From the NCBI RefSeq assembly GCF_006345805.1, contig NC_043025.1:11966001-12030000 (forward strand): DNA of 64,000 nucleotides. Reading direction: 5' to 3'. This document shows positions 1-12,608 of this stretch, piece after piece (position 1 is the first letter of the stretch; each line of letters begins with the position of its first letter). Both the position numbers and the translations under genes were made by a program. The notes beneath the pieces are model-generated. The model searched no databases, had not been told where the DNA came from, and saw only the letters and a program-made list of their open reading frames with translations. The stretch is from Octopus sinensis. Taxonomy: Eukaryota.

Positions 1-94
1 ATATATATATACAACATACATATATATATATATATATATACACATACATATATATATATATATATATACACATCATATATATATATACACATAC

Positions 95-130
<36 letters not shown>

Positions 131-157
131 CACATACATATATATATATATATATAT

Positions 158-189
<32 letters not shown>

Positions 190-359
190 ACATACATACA
201 TATATATATATATATTATACACATACATACATATATATATATATACACATACATACATATATATATATATACCATACATCATATATATATATATATATAC
301 ACATACATACATATATATATATATATATACACATACATACATATATATATATAATATAT

Positions 360-391
<32 letters not shown>

Positions 392-1170
392 CACATACAT
401 ATATATATATATATACACATACATATATATAATATATACACATACATATATATATATACACATACATATATATTATACACATACATATATATATATATAA
501 TATACACACACCATATATTATATATATTATATACACACATACATATATATAGATATACACCACATACATATATATATATATATACACACATACTATATAT
601 ATATATATATACACACATACATATATATATATATACACACATACATATATATATATATATATATCACACATACATATATATATATATACACACATACATA
701 TATATATAATATATATATATACACACATACATATATATATATATACACATACATATATATACACACACACATACATATATATATACTTATATATACACAT
801 ACATATATATATACTTATATATATACATACATATATATAACCCATGCTGGCATGGAAAGCGGATGCTAAACGAAGTTGATGATGATGAACATACATACAT
901 ATATACTTACATATAGACATGCATACATATATATATATACATACATACATACACATATACATACATACATATATATATATACATACATACATACACATAT
1001 ACATACATACATATATATATACATACATACATACACATATACATACATACACACACATATATATATATACACATATATATACATACATATATATATATAT
1101 ATCTATACATACATATATACATATATATATATCTATACATACATATATACATATATATATGTGTGTGTGT
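1..1170. repeat. Compound (TA)n/(CA)n/(TACA)n microsatellite
   Basis: Directly visible; source of the Y/I/H/T/C/V-rich artefact ORFs. Confidence 0.97.
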
Positions 1171-1453
1171 TTGTGTGTCTGTGTTTGTCCCCCCAACATC
1201 GCTCGACAACCGATGCTGGTGTGTTTACGTCCCCGTAACTTAGTGGTTCGGCAAAAAGAGACCGATACAAATAAGTACTAGGCTCACAAAGAACAAGTCC
1301 CGGGGGTCAATTTGCTCGACTAAAAGGCGGTGCTACAGCACGGCCGCAGTCCAACGACTGAAACAAGTAAAAAGCACACACACGTGTGATAAATGCAGAT
1401 AGATGGGCTTGAAACCTTGACTCACCTAACAGCCTCTTCTCTGTCCGTTTCAG

Positions 1454-1628
1454 TTATATTCGATCCAGCTTCATTCTACGGACACTCAGAATTTGAATTC
1501 TCCATCTCAAAGATGTTTGGCGGATTCCCAAGGTCCTTCTTTGACAGTTATCATGAAATAATTCCCAGGTCTTCCAAATTTAAGCTCCGTGAAAGGCTTT
1601 ACCAATTATTTCACTATATCAATCATTG
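1454..1628 (+). CDS. FN3K: Internal exon of fructosamine-3-kinase / ketosamine-3-kinase
   Basis: Acceptor gtttcag|TT at 1454 and donor TG|gtgagt at 1629. Translates (V)[57 protein letters not shown](W), matching the FN3K/FN3KRP C-terminal motifs [15 protein letters not shown] and LYQLFHYLNHW. The final exon (NHFG...) was not found. Confidence 0.9.
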
Positions 1629-1665
1629 GTGAGTATTACCTTCTGGTTTTATACTTATACTTATA

Positions 1666-2075
1666 GGCGCAGGAGTGGCTGTGTGGTAAGTAGCTTCTAG
1701 TCTTCTTTACCACATTGTTCGGGTACAGTCCCACTGCGTGGCACCTTGGGCAAGTGTCTTCTACCAATAGCCTCGGGCCGACCAAAGCCTTGTGAGTAGA
1801 TTTGGTAGACGGAAACTGAAAGAAGCCCGTCGTATATATGTCTATATATATATATATATATGCGTGTGTTTGTGCGTCTGTGTTTGTACCCCTAGCATTG
1901 CTTGACAACCGATGCCGGTGTGTTTATGTCCCCGTCACTTAGCGGTTCGGCAAAAGAGACCGTTAGAATAAGTACTGGGCTTACAAAAGAATAAGTCCCG
2001 GGGTCAAGTTGCTTGATTAAAGGCGGTGCTCCAGCATGGCTGCAGTCAAATGACTGAAACAAGTAAAAGAGTAAA
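1666..2075 (+). mobile_element. tRNA-derived SINE family A; further copies at about 1181-1375(+), 3045-3225(+), 12400-12800(+), 13490-13895(-), 14120-14465(+), 30525-30920(+), 30937-31310(+), 33255-33420(+), 35560-36050(-), 55505-55855(-), 58560-59080(-), 62285-62700(+), 63095-63490(-)
   Basis: Head ggagtggctgtgtggtaag with A-box/B-box-like motifs (ggttcagtccc), an internal (TA/TG)n tract, and a 3' end ...gcagtcaaatgactgaaacaagtaaaaga. More than 12 similar copies in the window. Confidence 0.85.
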
Positions 2076-2217
2076 GAGTATACTGGTGAAAATCCTCGGA
2101 GTGTCTGTTTCGGCAACTGGCGGCCCCTCGGTCGTTCTGCCCCTGCGTCTGCGGACAATCTGCGGCAAATAGGATGTCTCTACATACGGGATTGTTTATC
2201 ATTATTACTGTATTTTA

Positions 2218-2510
2218 GTGGAGGCGCAATGGCCCAGTGGTTAGGGCAGCGGACTCGCGGTCGTAGGATCGCGGTTTCGATTCCCAGACCAGGCATTGTG
2301 AGTGTTTATTGAGCAAAAACACCTAAAGCCTCACGAGGCTCCAGCAGGGGATGGTGGCGATCCCTGCTGTACTCTTTCACCACAACTTTCTTTCACTCTT
2401 TCTTCTGTTGGCCTGCTCGCTTAGTTGGCGGGGTGGCGTCATTTGAAGGCTAAATGACCGGCGATGTGTGGCAACATCCGATATCCTGGTCGGTCACGGT
2501 GACTGTATTT
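2218..2510 (+). mobile_element. tRNA-derived SINE family D; other copies at about 17716-17948(-), 35105-35483(-), 44388-44670(+)
   Basis: Head ggaggcgcaatggcccagtggttagggcagcggactc...gtttcgattccc (A/B boxes) shared by four copies. Confidence 0.8.
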
Positions 2511-2511
2511 T

Positions 2512-2611
2512 NNNNNNNNNNNNNNNNNNNNNNNNNNNNNNNNNNNNNNNNNNNNNNNNNNNNNNNNNNNNNNNNNNNNNNNNNNNNNNNNNNNNNNNNN
2601 NNNNNNNNNNN
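2512..2611. other. Scaffold gap of exactly 100 N
   Basis: N run. A round 100 N usually denotes a gap of unknown size. Confidence 0.99.
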
Positions 2612-2842
2612 TGATGATGATACATATGTACCTATACAAACTCACACACACACATGGCCAGTTCCAGCTGCCTATATGACACAATCTGTGTCCTTATATT
2701 TTTGATTTTGAGCATAAGCTCAAAATGTAAAAAGACTTTCTCACCTTCCCAAGCATTTAACTAGATTCAGATGAATATGGTACTTAAGTTAAAGGCACCA
2801 GAATTTTGTATGGTATTATCCATATAAATCAAATGGGGGGAT

Positions 2843-3038
2843 TATAATCAAAATAAGCAACAAGGATATCCAAGGTAGAGTAGTACAATCGTTTCATGCT
2901 ACTTCATTTTATTAAACAATGTAAGTATTCCATCAGTTTTAAAACTGATGTAATACTTACAGTGTCTAATTAAACGAAGTAGCATGAAACGATTGTACTA
3001 CTCTACCTTGGATATCCTTGTTGCTTATTTTGATTATA
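2843..3038. repeat. About 196-bp loop-less palindrome of a Penelope-like fragment
   Basis: Arms symmetric about tttt|aaaa at 2940/2941. A single-arm copy lies at about 58450-58550. Confidence 0.85.
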
Positions 3039-3229
3039 TATATATATCGCTTGACAACCGATGCTGGTGTGTTTATGTCCCCGTCACTTAGCGGTTCGGC
3101 AAAAGAGACCGATAGAATAAGTACTGGGCTTACAAAAGAATAAGTCCCGGGGTCGAGTTGCTCGATTAAAGGCGGTGCTCCAGCATGGCCGCAGTCAAAT
3201 GACTGAAACAAGTAAAAGAGTAATATATC

Positions 3230-3267
<38 letters not shown>

Positions 3268-3587
3268 ATATATATAATATATTTCTTTACTGCCCACAAG
3301 GGACTAAAACACAGAGGGGACAAACAGGGACAGACAAATGGATTAAGTCGATTATATCGACCCCAGTGCGTAACTTGTACTTAATTTATCGCCCCGAAAG
3401 ATGAAAGGCAAAGTCGACCTCGGTGGAATTTGAACTCAGAATGATGAGATGATGATGAACGTAACGGCAGACAAAATACGGCTACGCATTTCGCCTGGCG
3501 TGCTACAATTCTGCCAGTTCACCGCCTTATATATACAGATATATACATATAGATAGATACATATATAATATATATATATATATATAT

Positions 3588-3628
<41 letters not shown>

Positions 3629-3781
3629 TGCACACACATACCAGATAGATATACCTAGGTATCTTAACTATCGCCCCTACTATGTCTATCTCACTAGATA
3701 ACTTTCTTCCTTTCTTTTTGACCTTCCATTCCAATAATTACCACATGTGTAATACAACTACCCCCTTTTTTTATCCCCCAG

Positions 3782-3914
3782 TTTGATCAGCTAGAATCGG
3801 CAAGATCATCGGCGCTAAATACAAAAGTGATGCGCATTCAAACAACATGGCGCCAGTACCAAAAGAGAAAGACTTTGCAAAGAAGAAAGAAGGCAGTTTT
3901 AACCATTGAGAAAG
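3782..3914 (+). CDS. MYO19: Myosin neck exon (IQ motif), MYO19-like
   Basis: Acceptor ttttatcccccag| and donor AAAG|gtaaga. Translates FDQLESARSSALNTKVMRIQTTWRQYQKRKTLQRRKKAVLTIEK, a converter-end LE.AR segment plus IQxxWR. Ends in phase 1. Confidence 0.8.
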
Positions 3915-4059
3915 GTAAGATTTTGTCTTTTACCTATGTCATTTGATGTTCTCTACTGATTTCAGGACTGCAGCTAGGTGCCATGTTTAAGGCCCTGGCT
4001 TTTTCCTGCAAATATTTTCTCCTGAATTATTTAAACATTGGTTTAAGTCAGGATTCGGT

Positions 4060-4102
<43 letters not shown>

Positions 4103-4537
4103 ATATATATATATATATATATATTATGCCCCAAGGCACATTCCTAACACGCCAGCTGAGTTTAAGTCGTCTAAGGCGAAAGACGCCTGTTTGTGATGAA
4201 CTGTTATTGTTATTATTATTATCATTATTATTATTATTATTATTGTTGTTGTTGTTTTTACGTATTATTTTTGTATTCATATTCGTGTATCAGCGTCCAT
4301 CTTTCCATCCTTGTTTCGTATACATTTGATGCTTTTTTCCAAGGAGTCTAATCCTCTTAGCTTTGTTTTTCCTTGGGGCTGGCCAGATCGGAGCAATCTC
4401 AAGATTAATCAGCCGAAATTGCGAGGATGATCCGGTTCTTGACTGAAGATTGAAAGCTTCGAATGTCCCATCTGTGTTTTTTTGTATCGTCTTCTAAATG
4501 TTTTGTGTTCTTGTCCCATTTTGTATTTTAATATATA

Positions 4538-4572
<35 letters not shown>

Positions 4573-4985
4573 TTGAGTAATTGAATTATCTTATTAAGGA
4601 TAATTCAAAAGATAACCCATACCTGGGTAGCAAATTCACATCAGAAAGAACACGGTTGAAGCTACGTCCCTAGGGCATAGATTACGTGTCTTCGTGCAGA
4701 AATTTCTATGATGTCTTGCAAACAACTTGCACTTGCAAGTGCTACCAGTTAAAAGCTCCGTATATCGGAAGCTAGCAAGTGTATAGGGTCATCAGGAGAG
4801 AATGCGCGCCATTTCGGGGCCTACCTCTCGACGGCATCAATGTGCACCGGCCCCCCTCACTGATATGAGGCCCCGCTTCTAGATCAGCTGGTTATGAAGA
4901 ACTCAATATACTTCTAGCCTTTGAAACATATGTCGAGATTAAAGATATTTGTAACTAGTCGTTCAACTCCATTCTTTCATATACT

Positions 4986-5054
<69 letters not shown>

Positions 5055-5058
<4 letters not shown>

Positions 5059-5310
5059 TCATCATCATCTTTAGCGTCCGTTTTCCATGCTAGCATGGGT
5101 TGGACGGTTCTACTGGGGTCTGTGAAGCCAGAAGGCTTCATCAGGCCCAGTCAAATCTGGCAGTGTTTCTACGGCTGGATGCCCTTCCTAACGCCAACCA
5201 CTCCGTGAGTGTAGTGGGTGCTTTTTACGTGCCACCCGCACTGGTGCCAGACAGAGCTGGCAAACGGCCACGAACGGATGGTGCTTTTTATGTGCCACCG
5301 GCACGAGGGC
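5055..5310 (-). mobile_element. RTE-like 3'-tail retroposon family C with (GAT)n tail; copies at about 7120-7520(+), 27060-27305(+), 27710-27905(-), 27995-28320(-), 32540-32835(+), 44945-45125(-), 48640-48980(+), 61960-62160(+)
   Basis: Shared ggcgttaggaagggcatccagc...ccaacccatgctagcatggaaaacggacgttaaa(tga)n end and internal ~60-bp subrepeats. Assignment to the RTE clade is from memory of such tails. Confidence 0.7.
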
Positions 5311-5759
5311 CAGATATATATATATGTATGTATGTATATCTGTACTTGACTGACGCTTTGTTCTGAAGCATATGTGTATTGAGTTCTACACCAGGTTAGT
5401 AGCCTTGCAATGCCTAAGCGGAATATATATATCATCTTTTGTATCCTGTTTTTTTGTTAAATCACTCTGTTGCCCTAATGAAACTTGTTACACTCATGCG
5501 TACACACACACCTTGTCTAGCTACAGAAAATTGTTGCCCTTCTGGGAAGCGGGTGAAGGTTAGCAACAGGAAAGGCACCGAGTTGTAGAAAACCTGTCTC
5601 AAACTCTTGTCTGACTTCATGGAAACATGGAAAAGTAGCCATTAAATGGTGATGATGCTGATGCTGATGATGATGATGATGGGGGGTGGGGTGGAGGCAA
5701 TGGTGATGGTGGTGGTGATGCCAGTGGCTGTGGTGGTGATGATGAAGATGATGATAATG

Positions 5760-6130
5760 GTCCTCCTCTTATCATCAGTCTCATACTCATGTCTTCTTCT
5801 TTCTTCTTCCCCTTCTCCTTCCTCCTCTTCTTCCTCCTCTTCTTCTTCCTCTTCTCCTTCCTCCTCTTCCTCTTCTCCTTCCTCCTCTTCCTCTTCTCCT
5901 TCCTCTTCTCCTTCCTCTTCTTCTTCCTCTTCTTCTTCCTCTTCTTCTTCCTCTTCTTCTTCCTCTTCCTCCTCCTCCTCCTCTTCCTCCCCTTCTTCTT
6001 CCTCCTCTTCTTTCTCCTCCTCCTCCTCTTCTTTCTCCTCCTCCTCCTCCTCCTCTTCTTCTTCCTCCCCTTCTTCTTCTTCTTCCTCCTCCTCTTCTTC
6101 TTCTTCTTCTTAATCTTCTTCTTCTTCACC
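5760..6130. repeat. (CTT/CCT)n polypyrimidine tract
   Basis: About 370 bp almost purely C/T on the + strand. Confidence 0.95.
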
Positions 6131-6703
6131 ACAAAAACATACCGTTGCAAACTTGAACCGGCCTCGAGGTGGGGTGGGGTGGTGTGGGGTTGGGGTGGGT
6201 TGGGGCCCCCAGTAAAGGGTCGGCAATAGGAAGAACATGCGATGTAGAAAATCTACATTAGCAAACACTCCTCCGCTCATCCGACTACATGGAAACATGA
6301 GTAAGCAGCCATAAAATGATGATGATGATGACGATAGCAATGGTGGCCGCAGCAACCTAACCAGATCTCTGAAACCATATCTCTATCTAATCAGCAATAT
6401 CCTGTTTGGTCAGCAGTCTTCAAGGACAGTCCGGTCTGGCTTCTAAACAAGTGGTTGGTGTTATTAACTGGGTCAGAGGAGAGAAGTGGTTAAGTGACCA
6501 CACAACTTAGTAATTATGCATCTAAGCAAGCAGCAGTGACCACAAGCTTTAAAGTCACTATATTCTTTCACTGGTTTTTAGTATTTGACTATGGACAGAC
6601 TGCAGCACTGTCTTCGAGGACTTTTTTTCAGTTTTCGATGACTGGTGTCTGTGCTAGCGGGGTGCAAAGAGCACCATACGAGTGTGATGATTGACAGAGC
6701 GGA

Positions 6704-7109
6704 AGATCTTTTTGGTTTGAACGGCAGTTTTTTCTAGCAGTGTCGTATGAAATTGTCACCCATAATTATGACCCTAGTATCGATCTATTGCATTTCAATC
6801 TGTTTTAGGGTTAGGGTTAGGGGTGGGGGAAAGGGTATCTTTTTGTCTTCAAAAATGTAAATAAACCCAATCTGTTTCTTAAACGAGGGACATATTCATA
6901 CGGCACAAAATGTTTTTTTTTACCTCAATAGACGTCATTGATTGGTTGAAATTGCAGAAATTGAAGAAAATAAAACAACAAATATCTTACAAACAATAGA
7001 ATTTTCTCAATAAAGCCAAAAGAAACACATTCTACCAGTATACGAAGTTTAAAAGTGTTTAGTTACGTGGAAATTATTTTAAAAAACTGCCAGTCAAACC
7101 AAAAAGATC
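6704..7109 (+). mobile_element. Non-autonomous TIR element (GATC-ended family) with internal TTAGGG repeats; unexpanded relative of 19250-22362
   Basis: TIRs gatctttttggtttgaacggcagttttt / aaaaaactgccagtcaaaccaaaaagatc. Internal sequence is collinear with 19250-19620. A partial reverse copy lies at about 62894-63025. Confidence 0.85.
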
Positions 7110-7710
7110 CAGAACAGCTAACCGGCTTCCATGCCAGTGGCACTTAAAAGGCACCATCCGAGCGTGATCGTTGCCAGAGTGGCTATCTAGCCTCCGTGCC
7201 TGTGGCACATAAAAGGGCACCATTCGAGCGTGATTGTTACCAGCATTGCCTTACTGGCACCTGTGCCGGTGGCATATGTAAAAAGATTCGAGCGAGGTCA
7301 TTGCCAGTACCGCCTGACTGGCCCCGTGCCGGTGGCACATAAAAGCATCCACTACACTCTTGGAGTGGTTGGCGTTAGGAAGCACATCCAGCTGTAGAAA
7401 CTCTGCCAGATCAAGACTGGAGCCTGGTGCAGCCATCTGGTTCGCCAGCCCTCAGTCAAAATCGTCCAAACCATGCTAGCATAGAAAGTGGACGTTAAAC
7501 GATGATGATAATGATGATGCACCGGTGTTGCTGTGTGGCTAAGATGTTTGCTTGCAAACCACATGGGTGCAGGCTGCAGCCTGCCCCGGGTGGTACTTTC
7601 AAGGGGGTGCCACTTTTGGGTCTGCTGTAGGAAATATGTATTTTTTTGTGGGGTCTGGGGACAGCAAACGGAAGAAGCTGGTTGTGTATGTATATATGTG
7701 TGTATGTATG

Positions 7711-7773
<63 letters not shown>

Positions 7774-9276
7774 ATAGATATGTGTGTGTGTATCTATGTG
7801 TATGTGTGTGTGTATGTATACCTATGTGAGTGTATGTACATATACATGTGTGTGTATGTATATGAGTGTGTGTGTGTATGTATATGCATGCGTATGTGTG
7901 TGTATGTATGTATACCTGTGTGTGTATGTATATGAGTGTGTGTGTGTATGTATATGCATGCGTATGTGTGTGTATGTATGTATACCTGTGAGTGTATGTA
8001 TAGATATGTGTGTATATGTGCGTGTGTATGCATGCGTGTATGTATCTATGTGTGCATATATGTATGTATACATATGTGTGTATGTATGTGTGTGTGTGTG
8101 TGTACGAAAGCTATTGCACCCACAAGGGGCTAAACACAGAGAACAAACAAGGACAGACATAGGTATTAAAGTCGATTACATCGACGCCAGTGCGTAACTG
8201 GTACTTAATTTATCGACCCCCGAAAGGATGAAAGGCAAAGTCGACCTCGGCGGAATTTGAACCCAGAACGTAAAAACAGACGAAATACCGCTAAGCATTT
8301 CGCCCGGCGTGCTAACGATTCTGCCAGCTCGCCGCCTTGTCGTTTCCCGCCCTATTCTCTCCCAGACCCAACGATAACTTTCCAGAAAAATGCATGCCCT
8401 ACCAGTGGTTGAAAAAGCTTTATTTTTAATATTTTACCACAGTTGCTTAATACAAAAGTATCTACCGGGAACTGAGTACAAAAAGGAAGTACATTAAATA
8501 AAGAATTTCACAATTTCTTGTCCCACTAAGAAAAAAAGAAAGAAAGAAAGAAAGAAACATTAACATCTATCCGTCCCACTACAATTTTCCCAGGGCCCCA
8601 CCGGTGAGGCGTATACCCCCAAGTTGGGAATCACTCGTAGAGAAAAAGCTCCCTCGGTGGTTTGGCGGGTAAAGAATTCGTGTGTCGATGCTGGGAATAT
8701 GATGCTAACTCCGTCAGAGGGCTTGGTTTACAATAATATATTTCTTTACTGTCCACAAGGGGCTAAACAGAGAGGGGACAAACAAAGACAGACAAAGGGA
8801 TTAAGTCGATTACATCGACCCCAGTGCGTAACTGGTACTTATTTAATCGACCCCCGAAAGGATGAAAGGCAAAGTCGACCTCGTTTTTACAATAATAATA
8901 TCTGTAGGGTTCAGTGCTTGTAAGGAAGCGAAAATCTTTGGCTGCGAAAGTGAAACTGGCTCTGTAATAAAGTCAATTAAGGAAGACCCCTTAGGGTTTA
9001 TAATTGCGTGAAATGTTTAGGGAGCACTTGTTTTCTCGTTAATTGGAAGTGTAGGGCAGCAGGAAATCACAGAAGCCGGTTGCTAATGGTGTGTTAGCCT
9101 TAAAATAATTCAGATGTTAGTCAGCAGTTTTAGATGTTGTGTGTGAGACAGAGAATCTTGGCTGCTGGAATTGATTATACTGCAGTGAAAGTCAGAGAGG
9201 AAGCAGATTCCTTCATCTGACACACATATATATACACACGCACAGACACAGAACGTATAACATATATATATAATAT

Positions 9277-9332
<56 letters not shown>

Positions 9333-11139
9333 CATATATATATATATAGTACATATATATATATCTATATATCTATATATTATATATAATATATATATAT
9401 ATATATAATAGATACATACATACAACTTATAAAACAAGGGCAAAAGAAAATTAATTTTTATGCCAATATGCAGATAGCAGACTTTTAAGTCGTCAATTTC
9501 CACATATTATACACCCACTACAGAAATTCGTTATATATATATATATATGTGTGTGTGTATATATATATATTAAAATCAAAATGCGGGTGGAAAATTGGAT
9601 ATTTATTTCATAAACATCAATTTTAAGACCAGTGGTCTAGCATATAAAAAAACTGTGATTCAGTAAATATTTTATACATAAATATAAGAATTAAAAAATT
9701 CCCTCTTATATATATATATATATATATATAAAGATATATACTTATACGGGAGTGTATGGTGACACATCGGACTAACAAGGAAGCCTATAGGTGGTCTGTT
9801 ACGCTGCCAGTAATAGCAGCCAAATATATCTGAAACATAGAACAAAAAGGAACACATCTTTTTTTCATAACAAAAAAAGCCGTTATGATCATACTCGAAA
9901 TATTTTCCATCAGTGGTTCCTGCTCACTCGACGTTGACCTAGGGTTAAATAGCACCGCCAACCACGACACACTAGGAAACAAGTACTGCAATTACTCACA
10001 TTGAGTCGCTTTGCCGGCTAGAAATAACAACCAATTCTCCCTCCTCAGATCTCATCATCCCACAGGATTGTTTGGGTGGAAAGAAAGAGACATTTGATGG
10101 CGTAATCTGTCGCGCGCACCTAGAAATAACAGCCAAATACCGGTAAAAAGGAAGGACGCATTTGGTAATTTCGGGATCCTCGTGGGGTTAAAACATTACA
10201 AGTGTTAAATCGACCTGCTAAAAATAGCAGCCAGATCTCCTCCGTCACATGTTTTACTACGTCTGAAAGAAAGAAACAAAAAAAGGAAGAAAACAAAGGA
10301 AGAACGTTCGTGTTAATGTAGCCATGGATATATATACAGTATGTCGGGAAGAATATACTGGATGGTCACGACTGGAGCGTCTTCGATCGTAGATGTTGCT
10401 CGAGCAGGGCTGACCTGGGGCTAATTAACAGCGACCGCGACAACAACAACAAGAATATATATTTAATGAGGTAATTATCTTATTTCTTTGAATAATTAAA
10501 ACACTTTGTTGTTATTGATGATGATGATGATAATGATGATGTTAGTGTTGTTTAGCCCCGGGCCAACCCCCAGTGCAGTACACCCACGGCTTAAGCAATG
10601 ACCAGATCTCGTAATAAGCCCCACCCCCCGGGCTCCCAAGCCTATAATTGTCCAAATTCTTGGCATTGGTCCACAAGAATCATTTCCTTTCCTTCATTAT
10701 CGCGATGTGCGTGGTTTTAATTAAGGGAGATTTAGCTGCTATTTCTCGCAGGACGAAGAACCACACAGAGACTTCCTTTGTTGGATCTCCGCGACAAACG
10801 TCAAGTCCAGAGTCTGTCTTACGAGTAAACGTAGCGCTCCAGCCGTGATCATCCCACGTTTAGGTCAGTATGTTAGGATTACATCATCCACTACCAGAGG
10901 CTCTTTTCATTTTATATACACACGTGTTGTGTGTGTGTGTGTGTGTATATTCTTCCGTTTTACACACACACGCACGTGCGTTGTATACAATCGTTTTATT
11001 CTGTAGACGTATATAGCTGACTGGTCTTTGTGTCTATGTGTACCTAGGGGTGAGACGTTTGTGGTGCAGGAATGGGTGCGTGTTTACATGTGTCTGTTTG
11101 TGTGTGTAAGTGAATGTATATACATGTCCGTGTTGTGTC

Positions 11140-12090
11140 TCCAATTCGATGTTTGAGGATGTGTATACGCACACACACATATTACGAAATATTACCACAC
11201 ACACACGCACACATATACACATATATATATACACACATACATACATACACACGCATATATACACATACATACACACACATATACCGAAATATTGACACAT
11301 ATATATACACATGCACATATAACACATACGCCGAAATATTACCACACACATATATAAACACACATACATACATACCACACATTACGAAATATTACCACAC
11401 ACATATATATATACACACATACATACATACACACGCACATATATACACATACATACATACGCATATACCGAAATATTGCCACACATACACATATATACGC
11501 ACGCACATATACACACACATACACCGAAATATTACCACACAGACCACACCACACGCACATATATACACATACACCGAAATATTACCCCCCCCCCACATAT
11601 ATATATATACACCAACCCATGCTACATGGAAAGCGGACGTTAAACGATGATGATGATGACATACATACACACACGTCACATATATACACATACACCGAAA
11701 TATTGCCACACATACACACACACACAAATATATATTACCACACACATACACATATATACACACATACATACACACGCACATATACACACATACATACACA
11801 CGCACATACATACACGTACACCGAAATATTGCCACGCACATACACACACACAAATATATACACACACACATACACCGAAATATTGCCACACACACAAATA
11901 TATACACACGCACATATATACACGCACACATACATACATACATACATACACATACACCGAAATATTGCTACGCATAAACACACACATATATATACACATA
12001 CACATATACAACACATACTCCGAAATATTACCATACACGCATACATACATACATACACACCCATACCCCCGAAATATTGCCACACGTACG
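11140..12090. repeat. Compound minisatellite: anchor ccgaaatatt(a/g)ccac separated by CA/TA microsatellite
   Basis: About 13 anchors at roughly 50-130 bp spacing. Confidence 0.85.
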
Positions 12091-12559
12091 CACGTATACA
12101 CACATTCCAATCTTTGTTTATTTGGAAGTGTCTATGTACTCGCCCGCGCAAATACTGACACCCCCGCTTGCATTTATATGACAAAAGTATATATTATATA
12201 TATATATATATAAGTGCTTGTTTTTATGTTCTAGTTATGATAGATAAAAACAATTTTACATTAATCTGACGGATTACAGCATAATTTGTTGAATACAAAT
12301 TTATTGATGGCTTAGATAACCCGAAACTTACAAATTACTATCAATTATATTCTTGTTGAAGAATAATTTGTGTATGTGTGTTTATATATATATGTACATA
12401 TATGTGGCTGTGTGGTAAGTAGCTTGCTAACCAACCACATGGTTCCGGGTTCAGTCCCACTGCATGGCATCTTGGGTAACTGTCTTCTACTATAGCCTCG
12501 GGCCGACCAATGCCTTGTGAGTGGATTTGGTAGACGGAAACTGAAAGAAGCCCGTCGTA

Positions 12560-12608
<49 letters not shown>

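Noticed and set aside
73-1281. Long Y/I/C/V/H/T-rich ORFs (also at 7.5-8.2k, 11-12k, 26.5-28.8k, 32-33k)
   Set aside because: Translations of (TA)n/(CA)n microsatellites, which lack stop codons by composition.
1666-1745. tRNA genes at SINE heads (all families)
   Set aside because: A/B boxes are present but no complete cloverleaf is evident, and each continues into a SINE body.
4860-4975. Additional PLE hammerhead-like relic (gttatgaag...tgaaacatatgtc)
   Set aside because: Core too degenerate to support from a single copy.
5617-6229. Protamine-like K/R-rich ORF and poly-Ser/Phe ORFs
   Set aside because: All frames of a (CTT/CCT)n tract are open; no splice or homology support.
11140-12090. 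Repeat-spacer array resembling CRISPR
   Set aside because: The spacers are microsatellite sequence of variable length.
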